In this document: positions 19,611 to 28,248 of the stretch, in pieces
Layout: each line of letters begins with the position of its first letter
How positions within the stretch are numbered: position 1 is the first letter of the stretch
NCBI GenBank assembly: GCA_963693105.1
Contig: OY843752.1
Coordinates: forward strand, 613,789-677,788
Origin: an uncultured candidatus Porisulfidus sp.
GTDB taxonomy: Bacteria > Pseudomonadota > Gammaproteobacteria > Poriferisulfidales > Oxydemutatoraceae
Length of the DNA: 64,000 nt
Reading direction: 5' to 3'
The notes under the pieces: generated by a model
What the model was told of the DNA's origin: nothing
The model's input: only the letters and a program-made list of their open reading frames with translations
The model's database searches: none
Position numbers and translations under genes: made by a program

Positions 19611-20950
19611 AGACGCAGGATTTCGACATCGAGGCGGCGAAGGGAAAAGCGTTGTCGCTGGTGGCGCGCGTGCTCGACGAGGCCGCGCGCTTGAAGGCCG
19701 ACGCCGCCGAGGTTTCGGTCGGGCGCAGTTACGGGTTTTCGACCACCGTGCGCATGGGCGAGGTCGAGACGCTGGAACACGAGAACGACCAGGACTTTGT
19801 GCTGACGGTTTATTTCGGCAAGAGGAAAGGTTCGGTCTCCTCTTCCGACCTGCGCGCCGAGTCGGTTTCGGACATGGTCGCGGCCGCCTGCGCGATTGCG
19901 GGCGAGGTCGGCGAGGACGAGTGCGCCGGTCTTCCCGACCCCGGCGACATGGTCGCCACGGTGGCCGACCTCGACCTCGACCGTCCGTGGTCTCTCGACA
20001 TCGGCGCCGCGGTTGAACTCGCCACCGAGTGCGAGGACACCGCGCGTGCGACGCCTGAAATCGTCAATTCGGAGGGCGCCTCGGTTCATACGATCCGCGG
20101 GCTGCACTGCTATGGCAACAGCCACGGTTTCAGCGACGCCTACTCCGGCACCCGCCACGGCATCAGTTGTCTGGTGGTGGCCGGGCGCAACGGCGGCATG
20201 CAGCGCGACGGCTGGTACAGCGTCAACCGCTACTCGCCGCGGCTTGAAACGCCGGCGCGGGTCGGCAGCCGCGCCGCCGAGCGCGCGGTGCGCCGCCTCG
20301 GCGCGCGCAAGATTGCCAGCTGCAAGGTTCCGGTGCTGTTCATTCCGGAGATGGCGCGCACGTTGTTCGGTTGTTTCATCGGCGCGGTCAGCGGCCCCGC
20401 GCTGTACCGCAAGACCACGTTTTTGCAGGACACTCTCGGCCAGCGCATTTTTCCGGAGTGGCTTTGCATGGACGAGGAGCCGCTGATTCAAGGCGGCTTG
20501 TACAGCGCGCCGTTCGACTTCGAGGGTGTCGGCACCTGCGCGCATGCCGTCGTTCGGGACGGCGTGCTCGACAGTTACGTGCTCGACAGTTATTCCGCCC
20601 GCCGCCTGGGTCTGCACACGACGGGCAACGCCGGCGGCATCAGGAACCTGGCTGTCAGGAGCAACGCGGGCGGTTTTGACGATCTCGTGGCGGCGATGGG
20701 CACGGGGCTGGTCGTGACCGAGTTGATCGGCTCCGGCATCAACCCGGTGACCGGCGACTACTCGCAGGGCGCCGCCGGTTTCTGGGTCGAGAACGGCGCG
20801 CTGGCGTACCCGGTCGAGGAGATTACGGTGGCGGGCAACCTCAAGACGATGTTCGATTCCATCGCTCTGGTCGGCGACGACGTGGACGAAAGATCGAGCA
20901 TCCGCTGTGGCTCGCTGCTGCTGTCGGAAATGACGGTGGCCGGGAAATAG
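19607..20950 (+). CDS. pmbA: metalloprotease PmbA (TldE); probable TTG start overlapping tldD stop (TTGA)
   Basis: PmbA_TldD family; homology to E. coli PmbA begins at …KTQDFDIEAAK…; the track ORF (19520) extends upstream into tldD. Confidence 0.8.
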   Translation: MKTQDFDIEAAKGKALSLVARVLDEAARLKADAAEVSVGRSYGFSTTVRMGEVETLEHENDQDFVLTVYFGKRKGSVSSSDLRAESVSDMVAAACAIAGEVGEDECAGLPDPGDMVATVADLDLDRPWSLDIGAAVELATECEDTARATPEIVNSEGASVHTIRGLHCYGNSHGFSDAYSGTRHGISCLVVAGRNGGMQRDGWYSVNRYSPRLETPARVGSRAAERAVRRLGARKIASCKVPVLFIPEMARTLFGCFIGAVSGPALYRKTTFLQDTLGQRIFPEWLCMDEEPLIQGGLYSAPFDFEGVGTCAHAVVRDGVLDSYVLDSYSARRLGLHTTGNAGGIRNLAVRSNAGGFDDLVAAMGTGLVVTELIGSGINPVTGDYSQGAAGFWVENGALAYPVEEITVAGNLKTMFDSIALVGDDVDERSSIRCGSLLLSEMTVAGK

Positions 20951-20958
20951 GAGGTTGC

Positions 20959-21735
20959 ATGATTGTCGTTCTGTCACCGGCGAAGCGGCTTGATTTCGAG
21001 GCGCCCGGTTTGCGCAAACACACCCAGCCCGAGTTTCTGAACGACGCGCAGAAGTTGGCCGGCGGCTTGAAAAAACTGTCGGCGCGGGACTTGCAGGAGT
21101 TGATGAATGTCAGCGTGAAGATCGCCGAATTGAATGTCGAGCGTTATCGCAAATGGAAAAAACCCTTTACGCCGGCCAACGCCAAACAGGCGGTGCTGGC
21201 TTTTCGCGGCGATGTTTATCAGGGGCTGGACGCCGACTCTTTCAGCGCCGCCGACCTGGATTTCGCGCAGCGCCACGTGCGCGTGTTGTCGGGGTTGTAC
21301 GGCGTGCTCAGGCCGCTCGATTTGATTCAGCCGTACCGCCTTGAAATGGGGACGCGGTTTGCCGCCGGCAACGGCGCGGACGACCTCTATGCGTTCTGGG
21401 GCGACAAGATTACGCGCCGTCTGAACGCGGAGTTCGGGGAGTCCGGGCGCGGCGGCGCGGCGGTGCTCGTCAATCTGGCCTCGAAGGAGTATTTCAGCGT
21501 GATTCGTCCGGACGGGCTGAAGGCGCGGATTGTGACGCCGGTGTTCAAGGAGAAAAAGAACGGCGGTTACAAGGTGGTCAGTTTCACCGCCAAACGCTCG
21601 CGCGGAATGATGACTTCATGGATTGTCAGAAACCGCGTTGGCGAGGTCTCGAAAATCAAGCAGTTCCGGGAGGGGGGATATGCTTTCAACGCCGGGCTGT
21701 CCGATGCGGCGGACTGGGTGTTCACGCGGAACTGA
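20959..21735 (+). CDS. yaaA: peroxide stress protein YaaA (UPF0246)
   Basis: MIVVLSPAKRLDF… N-terminus and length typical of YaaA. Confidence 0.85.
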   Translation: MIVVLSPAKRLDFEAPGLRKHTQPEFLNDAQKLAGGLKKLSARDLQELMNVSVKIAELNVERYRKWKKPFTPANAKQAVLAFRGDVYQGLDADSFSAADLDFAQRHVRVLSGLYGVLRPLDLIQPYRLEMGTRFAAGNGADDLYAFWGDKITRRLNAEFGESGRGGAAVLVNLASKEYFSVIRPDGLKARIVTPVFKEKKNGGYKVVSFTAKRSRGMMTSWIVRNRVGEVSKIKQFREGGYAFNAGLSDAADWVFTRN

Positions 21736-21754
21736 ACCCGCCTGACGGCGGGGC

Positions 21755-22306
21755 GTGACGGCGTCCGGCCGCGTGATGATGGCTCAGTGCATGCTGGTAT
21801 GGCGGTTGGCCACGTTCAGGGCCGCGCCCCAGGATTTTCCTGTCTCCGGCGTCTTGCTCACGGCCTTTTGCTTTCTGATGGTGGTCAGCGGCGTTTTGTC
21901 CGCCCGACTTGCCAATGTGCCGGACCGGATGTGGATAGACGCCGCCGTTGAACTGGTCTTTACGCTGGCCTTTGTTTACGTGCTGCTGCTGCTGTTCCGC
22001 TTTCCGGAACGTTTCCCGCAGACGATGACCGCGCTGGCGGGCAGCAACGCGCTGTTCAACGTGATTTTGATGCCGCTTAATTATTTCGCCGTGCAGTTGA
22101 GTTTCGACGCGGCGCCGGCGGGCGCGTCCACGCCGCCGTTCAGCGCCATGATGGCCCTGGTTTATCTCGCCGTCTTCATCTGGATTGTGCGGGTCACGGG
22201 ACATATTCTGCTGCACACGCTGGAGGTGCGGCTGTCGTTTGCAATCGGCATCGCGCTGCTGTACATGGCGGGCAATCTCGCGCTGTCTCTTTCCATCCAT
22301 GTTTGA
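21755..22306 (+). CDS. hypothetical polytopic membrane protein
   Basis: 183 aa, 5-6 hydrophobic segments; N-terminus uncertain. Confidence 0.4.
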   Translation: MTASGRVMMAQCMLVWRLATFRAAPQDFPVSGVLLTAFCFLMVVSGVLSARLANVPDRMWIDAAVELVFTLAFVYVLLLLFRFPERFPQTMTALAGSNALFNVILMPLNYFAVQLSFDAAPAGASTPPFSAMMALVYLAVFIWIVRVTGHILLHTLEVRLSFAIGIALLYMAGNLALSLSIHV

Positions 22307-23678
22307 GCGCCGCGTTTACCTGCTCGGCATCTGCGGCACCTTCATGGCGGGGCTTGCGTGCCTCGCGCGTGAACTCGGCTGCGAGGTCGGCGGTTGCGAC
22401 AAGGGCGCCTGGCCGCCGATGAGCGAGCAGCTGGCGAAGCATCGCATCACGTTTGATACGTCGTGTGGCGCCGACACCGGCGGCGGTTACGACCGTTACA
22501 TCATCGGCAACGCGTTGTCGCGCGGCGACGAACTGGTCGAGGCGCTGCTCGACCAACGCCTGCCGGTGGTGTCCGGGCCGCAGTGGCTGTACGAGGCGGT
22601 TTTGCACCAGCGCCGTGTGCTGTGTGTCGCCGGCACGCACGGCAAGACCACGGCCAGCGCGATGCTCGCCTGGATACTGGAGTTCGCCGGCATGGCGCCG
22701 GGGTTTTTGATTGGCGGCGCGCCGGTTGATTTCGACACTTCGGCGCGCCTCGGCCAGTCCGATCTTTTCGTCATCGAGGGCGACGAATACGATACCGCCT
22801 TTTTCGACAAACGCTCGAAGTTTGTGCACTACCGGCCGCAGGTGCTGGTGCTGAACAATCTTGAATTCGACCACGCCGACATTTTCGACGACCTTGAAAA
22901 AATCAAGACGCAGTTTCACCACCTGTTGCGGACGCTGCCCGGCAGCGGCCTGGTCATCGCCCGCGCCGGTGACGCAAACCTGCGCTCGGTGCTGGAACGC
23001 GGCGTGTGGTCGGAGTTGCAGACGTTCGGCCTGCAGGGCGAGGACGCCGACTGGCAGGCGCGCGCGTCGGGCGCCGGCGGTTTCGAGGTGTACCACCTGG
23101 GGGAATACGCGGGCGCATGCGATTGGTCCATGCCCGGCGACCACAACATCGCCAACGCAATCGGCGCCGTGGCCGCGGCGTACCGGGTGGGCGTGCCAGT
23201 GGCCGCTTCGCTGGAAGCGCTGGGGCGGTTTCACGGCGTGCGCCGCCGCCTGGAGGTTTTCGCCGAGGCCGGCGGCGTGACAATCTACGACGATTTTGCC
23301 CACCACCCGACGGAAATTCGCGCGAGTCTCGGCGCGGTGCGCGCCCGTCTGGACGGGGGCAGATTGCTCGCGGTCTTTGAGCCGCGCTCGAACACGATCA
23401 GGGCGGGGCTGCACAACGACCATCTGGGCGCATCGTTTGACGAGGCCGACCGGCTTTTCTTCTACCGCCCGCCGACATTGGAATGGGACCCCGAGGCGAT
23501 GCTCGCGCGGGCCGGATCGCGCTGGTCGGTGCACGGCGAAATCGGGGAGTTGGTTGAAGCGGTGGCCGGCGAAGCCGCGGCGGGGGACAGCGTGGTCGTG
23601 ATGTCAAACGGCGACTTCGGCGGCGTCCACGGACGGCTGGAGGCGCGGTTGCAGGCAGGCGGCGTTTCGGCGGGGTGA
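22299..23678 (+). CDS. mpl: UDP-N-acetylmuramate:L-alanyl-gamma-D-glutamyl-meso-DAP ligase (murein peptide ligase)
   Basis: near-colinear similarity to E. coli Mpl (…LGICGTFMAGLA…GTHGKTTA…NNLEFDHADIFDDL…); the track ORF (22185) has a spurious N-terminal extension. Confidence 0.85.
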   Translation: MFERRVYLLGICGTFMAGLACLARELGCEVGGCDKGAWPPMSEQLAKHRITFDTSCGADTGGGYDRYIIGNALSRGDELVEALLDQRLPVVSGPQWLYEAVLHQRRVLCVAGTHGKTTASAMLAWILEFAGMAPGFLIGGAPVDFDTSARLGQSDLFVIEGDEYDTAFFDKRSKFVHYRPQVLVLNNLEFDHADIFDDLEKIKTQFHHLLRTLPGSGLVIARAGDANLRSVLERGVWSELQTFGLQGEDADWQARASGAGGFEVYHLGEYAGACDWSMPGDHNIANAIGAVAAAYRVGVPVAASLEALGRFHGVRRRLEVFAEAGGVTIYDDFAHHPTEIRASLGAVRARLDGGRLLAVFEPRSNTIRAGLHNDHLGASFDEADRLFFYRPPTLEWDPEAMLARAGSRWSVHGEIGELVEAVAGEAAAGDSVVVMSNGDFGGVHGRLEARLQAGGVSAG

Positions 23679-23698
23679 GTGACAGTTTTTGCGTGGTG

Positions 23699-24424
23699 TT
23701 ATGGCATATCCCTGAAACGATAGTCTTCCATGCTTTTGCCATGCCAGTCAGCCAGGTTGTCGTAATTGATAAATTGGACTCGCTTCTTTATCTCTGCGTA
23801 CTCAGTACGCGATATTTTTTCGTCAAATTGCCGCTTTCTGACTTGGCTGGCAGCAATATAAAATTTTGTGTTGAAGTCCTGTAACGCAATATATTTGGAC
23901 AATGCCCCAGTGAAATCAGTTGAGTGCTCAACCTCAAAGGCGGCATACGGCATCCTGCGCTCCTTGTGGAACCAGATAACATCTATCATTCGGGCCCGCC
24001 TCACTGTTTCTTCATAACTGAACTGATAAATATCCTGCAAATCCCGCACTTTCCCCAAAGTGGCGCCAAGAAAATCTTTGTTTTTATCCTGGTTGGGCAC
24101 AAATGTTTTGTAGCCTTGGGCCTTTCCAATTTGAAGTAACAGTCCCTGATAGAAAGAGTGGTCTCGTTCCTCTATCTTTTTAGCGGGCTGATTTTCATCT
24201 GTCCAATGGACAAGTTTTTCCCGGCAAGCGTTCAACCCCCACAATCCCGGCTTTATTCTGAAAAAATATCTTTGGTTCTGAACAATGCGGCGAATAGATG
24301 CATAAGGCGTCTTTGTTTTCCAGTTGCTGACATCCACTTCTTTGTTCAGCCGTCCTAATGTGGCAACGCCACCCAGTCTTTCCATCACTTGAATAACCTG
24401 ATCGTGCTGATTCATAATTATCAA
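23699..24424 (-). CDS. hypothetical protein with Mrr_N-like winged-helix N-terminus (…RIKPGLWGL) and a C-terminal region with a PD-(D/E)xK-like motif (IDVIWF…AFEVEH)
   Basis: located in an AT-rich island, 4-nt overlap with the upstream mrr-like gene; domain assignment is by motif resemblance only. Confidence 0.4.
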   Translation of the reverse strand: MIIMNQHDQVIQVMERLGGVATLGRLNKEVDVSNWKTKTPYASIRRIVQNQRYFFRIKPGLWGLNACREKLVHWTDENQPAKKIEERDHSFYQGLLLQIGKAQGYKTFVPNQDKNKDFLGATLGKVRDLQDIYQFSYEETVRRARMIDVIWFHKERRMPYAAFEVEHSTDFTGALSKYIALQDFNTKFYIAASQVRKRQFDEKISRTEYAEIKKRVQFINYDNLADWHGKSMEDYRFRDMP

Positions 24425-25353
24425 TCCCCTTTTGGCATGGTATCGAGGAAAGCCACTAGTTTGATGGGCAGCAACCGCCGGCGTTTCTCAGGGATTTTTT
24501 CGTAATGCGCGACCCAGAGATCAAAGAAGCGTTTGGCGTCGATCAACACAAGATAGCGTTGTCCCCGGCGCGCTTCTTTATCAGCCTCTCTCGTGAATCC
24601 GCCGATAGAGACATAAAGACCTGTTTCCCGGTCTTTCAGAGTGTCCCGGAAGGAACGAATTGCATCAACGCTAAGCGCATCTTGCCTCCGTTTCACTTGA
24701 ACCTTGATGCGTTTTCCAGAGACACCAAGCGAATCGGTAGTGGCGTGAATGTCAATACCTCCATCCGGTCCGGGAGGCGCAACCCACTGCACGTGATGTC
24801 CCATCCCTTCAAGAAGGCCGGCTACTACCTCCTGAAAATCGAGCGGTTTCATTTCAGCCAGATAGTTCTCGACTTCCGCCCAGGCGTTTTCTTCAGATTC
24901 TTCTAGTGTTGCCGACGATGTTTCCGTGCCGTCTTGCTCAGGGTCACCGTCGGCGTTGTTTCCTTTCGGCGGCTGATCCTTTTTCCATTGTTTAAATCCC
25001 TCTATCGATTTTTTATGGAATTGCTCCGGGTCAGGGGTGCATTTATAGGCTTCTTTCCCTGCGTCCGTGAGAGACCACTGGCCACGTTCCTTGATTAGCC
25101 AGCCAGCCTTTGTGTAACTAATCGTTGCGAATCGGACCACCACTTCATAGCGACGAGTGCCGGGACGATTTGGGAAATCCCTTTTTTCAAAGGATGTCGG
25201 GGGAACCTCTGTTGCTAAAAGAGCGAGGACTTTTCTGGAAGGAAGGCCCTCCGGCTCATCGTGCAAAATCTTGAAAACACCCCGGACCAGTGTTCCGTTG
25301 CGCTCATGCGTGACTTCAGCCATCTTAATTCTCCTGTTTTTCGGTTGTTCCAA
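24421..25353 (-). CDS. mrr: Mrr-family type IV restriction endonuclease (Mrr_N winged helix + Mrr_cat)
   Basis: C-terminal …GPDGGIDIHATTDSLGVSGKRIKVQVKRR… matches the Mrr catalytic motif (GDGGIDG…QCKR); N-terminal …YTKAGWLIKERGQWSLTDAG is Mrr_N-like; alternative start at 25323 (MAEVTHE…). Confidence 0.75.
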   Translation of the reverse strand: MEQPKNRRIKMAEVTHERNGTLVRGVFKILHDEPEGLPSRKVLALLATEVPPTSFEKRDFPNRPGTRRYEVVVRFATISYTKAGWLIKERGQWSLTDAGKEAYKCTPDPEQFHKKSIEGFKQWKKDQPPKGNNADGDPEQDGTETSSATLEESEENAWAEVENYLAEMKPLDFQEVVAGLLEGMGHHVQWVAPPGPDGGIDIHATTDSLGVSGKRIKVQVKRRQDALSVDAIRSFRDTLKDRETGLYVSIGGFTREADKEARRGQRYLVLIDAKRFFDLWVAHYEKIPEKRRRLLPIKLVAFLDTMPKGD

Positions 25354-25537
25354 ATAGATTCCACCTTAAACTCAGCGAGGTTACATTTCCCATTGTCGGT
25401 AATGGAATGCTGAAAGGTGAATACTAAGAATCATCGAGTCTATGCCGCTTTGCCAAGTGAGACAAGGTGTGTGTAGTTTCTCAATCGCCATGTTTATCTG
25501 GTACTGATACACTGTTCCCCCAACTGGACAAACGCCC

Positions 25538-25900
25538 ATGCCCACAACCGAAATCACCGCCAAAAACTTTCAGCAGTCGCTGGAAGGAGACGGCATTCTG
25601 CTGCTCGATTTCTGGGCGGATTGGTGCGCGCCGTGCCGTTCTTTTGCGCCGGTCTTCGAGACGGTTTCGGACAACCACCCGGACATCGTGTTCGGCAAGG
25701 TGGACACCGAGAAGGAACAGGACATCGCCGCCGCCTACCAGATTCGCTCGATTCCGACGTTGATGCTGTTTCGCGAGCGCGTTGTGCTGTTTTCGCAGCC
25801 GGGGGCCTTGTCCGCGGCGCAACTCGAAGACCTCGTCGCCAAGGCCAGGGCGCTCGACATGGACGAAGTGCGCAAGGAAATCAGGAAGCAGGCGGAGTAG
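25538..25900 (+). CDS. thioredoxin (active site WCAPC)
   Basis: 120 aa; …LLDFWADWCAPCRSFAPVFE… thioredoxin fold with a CAPC rather than canonical CGPC motif. Confidence 0.85.
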   Translation: MPTTEITAKNFQQSLEGDGILLLDFWADWCAPCRSFAPVFETVSDNHPDIVFGKVDTEKEQDIAAAYQIRSIPTLMLFRERVVLFSQPGALSAAQLEDLVAKARALDMDEVRKEIRKQAE

Positions 25901-25935
25901 CGCCCGCGTCCGCGTCCGCGGCGCCCGACACCCCC

Positions 25936-27209
25936 TCAAACAAACGCCGCGCTCGCGGCGGTCAGCGTGTCGGCGATGTCGTCTTCCGAGTGTGCGGCGG
26001 ACACGAAGCCGGCCTCGAAGGCGGACGGCGCAAGATAAATCCCCTGCTCCAGCATCCGCCCGAAGAAACGCCCGAACTTTTCCGTGTCGCATTGCCGGAC
26101 CTGCGCGAACGAAGTCACCGGCGAATCCTTTGTAAAGAACAATCCGAACATCGCGCCGAGGCCGTCGCAGTAAAACGGCACGCCCGCCTTCGCCGCGCCT
26201 TCGCCCAGCCCTTCGACGAGCCGTTTTGTTTTGTCGGCAATCGAGTCGAACATGCCGGGTTGCAGCAACAACTCCAGGGTTTTCAGGCCCGCCGCCATCG
26301 CAATCGGGTTGCCGGACAGGGTGCCGGCCTGGTACACCGGGCCTTCGGGCGCCAGCTGGTCCATGATGTCGGCGCGCCCGCCAAAGGCGCCGACCGGCAG
26401 GCCGCCGCCGATGACCTTGCCAAGCGTCGTCAGGTCCGGCGTAATCCGGTACACCGCCTGCGCGCCGCCGGGCGCGACGCGAAAGCCGCTCATGACCTCG
26501 TCAAAAATCAGCAGCGCGCCGTGCGTGTGGCAACACTCGCGCAAGGTTTTCAGAAAATCCCGATCCCCCGGCACGAAGTTCATGTTGCCCGCCACCGGCT
26601 CGACGATTGCGCAAGCGATTTCCGCGCCCGCCTGTTCGAAAACCTCGCGCACCTGCGCCGCGTCGTTGTAGCGCAGCACCATCGTCTGCCGGCGAACGCC
26701 GCGGGCACGCCGGCGGAGTCCGGCACGCCCAGCGTCAGCGCACCCGACCCGGCGCCGACCAGCAGCGCGTCGGCGTGGCCGTGATAGCAGCCGTCGAACT
26801 TGATAATGCGGTCGCGGCCGGTGAAGCCGCGCGCCAGGCGGATGGCGCTCATCGTCGCTTCGGTGCCGGAGTTGACCAGGCGCAGTTTGCCGATGGAGGG
26901 CATCGCCTCGCGTATTTTCTCCGCCAGCAGAATCTCGGCCTCGGTCGGCGCGCCGAAGCTGAGCCCTTTCGCCGCCGCCTGGCGCACCGCGTCCACCACT
27001 TCCGGGTGAGCGTGGCCGAGTATCATCGGCCCCCACGAGCCGACGTAATCAATGTAGCGCCGCCCGTCCGCATCCAACAGGTGGGCGCCGGCGGCGCTGT
27101 CAATAAACAGCGGCTCGCCGCCAACCGCCTTGAAAGCCCTGACCGGCGAATGGACGCCGCCGGGTGTCGAAAGACACGCCCGTTTGTAGAGTTTCCGTGA
27201 AATGCTCAT
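25936..27209 (-). CDS. hemL: glutamate-1-semialdehyde 2,1-aminomutase, interrupted by a single-nucleotide frameshift near 26686-26693 (two ORFs 26580-27209 and 25936-27036)
   Basis: N-terminal ORF matches HemL to …[13 protein letters not shown] then leaves frame; the other frame continues …[19 protein letters not shown]… through the PLP-lysine region to the C-terminus. Confidence 0.8.
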
Positions 27210-27245
27210 CGGAACATCGCGGTTGATGCAGGCAGCAAGATTGAA

Positions 27246-27734
27246 CTACCCGGCTTCTTGTTCTTTGTTTTTTCTGCTACGTCTGTGACCACTAATGAGT
27301 TGGGCGGCGAGACCAACCAATGGTGCGGCAAGAAGCGCGATGCCTGCAACCGCGTAGCCTATGAAAGCCATGAAGGCGCCTCCTGAGATGACCATGCCGG
27401 AAATTAAGAGTGTGTACAGTTGTCCACGCTTTTCAAAATTGATGGCACTCTTGAGTGCGAGACTTTCCTTATCGTGTCTATGGTTTTGCTCTTTCTCAGC
27501 CATTGCCATAATCCTGTTTGGGAATTCCGCATCTATTTTTTGATAACCTTCCAACTGGGCAGCTGGAGGCAATGGTCCCGAAAAATAAGCAGAAGCGATG
27601 GTCACGGAGGATTCCCCTTCACTCCGGGCCAGTGCTTCTTTCAGGGCTGCCCGACGGTCGGCAGGGAGTTGGTCAATGAGTTCAGGAAGTGCATCAGGCT
27701 CCGAGAGGCCTGATTTTTCATTGTCTTCGGGCAC
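27246..27734 (-). CDS. DUF2335-like membrane protein
   Basis: …YFSGPLPPAAQLEGY…MAEKEQNHRH… followed by two TM helices; AT-rich gene. Confidence 0.45.
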   Translation of the reverse strand: MPEDNEKSGLSEPDALPELIDQLPADRRAALKEALARSEGESSVTIASAYFSGPLPPAAQLEGYQKIDAEFPNRIMAMAEKEQNHRHDKESLALKSAINFEKRGQLYTLLISGMVISGGAFMAFIGYAVAGIALLAAPLVGLAAQLISGHRRSRKNKEQEAG

Positions 27735-28101
27735 GCCTGTTCTCGATTGCTTGTGCTTCTTTCAGAAATGCCAGACAGAAATCTTCAAAGACATTCTGCC
27801 AGTCCGAGCGGATGGCTTTGTCTGGGTTGGATTCTATGCCGGCGTCTCGAAGATAGTCGTGTTGTGAGACTGGATGCATTAAACGGAAAGAGGACAGTAT
27901 TTCTGTGACAGAGGGCAATTGACTTCCATACCGCTGTCTTTTTGCCAGGAGGCGGTCGAGCTCTTTATTGTAGATTTCCAGCTTTTTGTTGGCATCATCT
28001 TCCGGGTCGGGGAATGAGAAGAGATCCAACTGTTTGTCCGATGCCGATTGAGCCACATGGCGGACAAGAAAATCCACAAGTTTGTCGGTGTTTTCTGTCA
28101 T
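27718..28101 (-). CDS. hypothetical protein (AT-rich; start taken at MTENTDK)
   Basis: ORF only, 16-nt overlap with downstream DUF2335 gene. Confidence 0.3.
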   Translation of the reverse strand: MTENTDKLVDFLVRHVAQSASDKQLDLFSFPDPEDDANKKLEIYNKELDRLLAKRQRYGSQLPSVTEILSSFRLMHPVSQHDYLRDAGIESNPDKAIRSDWQNVFEDFCLAFLKEAQAIENRRARRQ

Positions 28102-28248
28102 GATAGTAGAGCAATATTGTCGCCTGAAAGAACGATATTGCAACCAAGCTGATTATACCGCCAATCATCGCGTCTGTGTATAATAACAACTTGATGCGTC
28201 CGGGGTGGAACTGCGGGATGGGGCGCAAATCATAATGGTTGTATTGTC

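Noticed and set aside
25936-27209. Treating the two hemL ORFs as two separate genes
   Set aside because: Together they reconstitute a colinear HemL with one frame change at a GC run. Neither half is a known independent protein.
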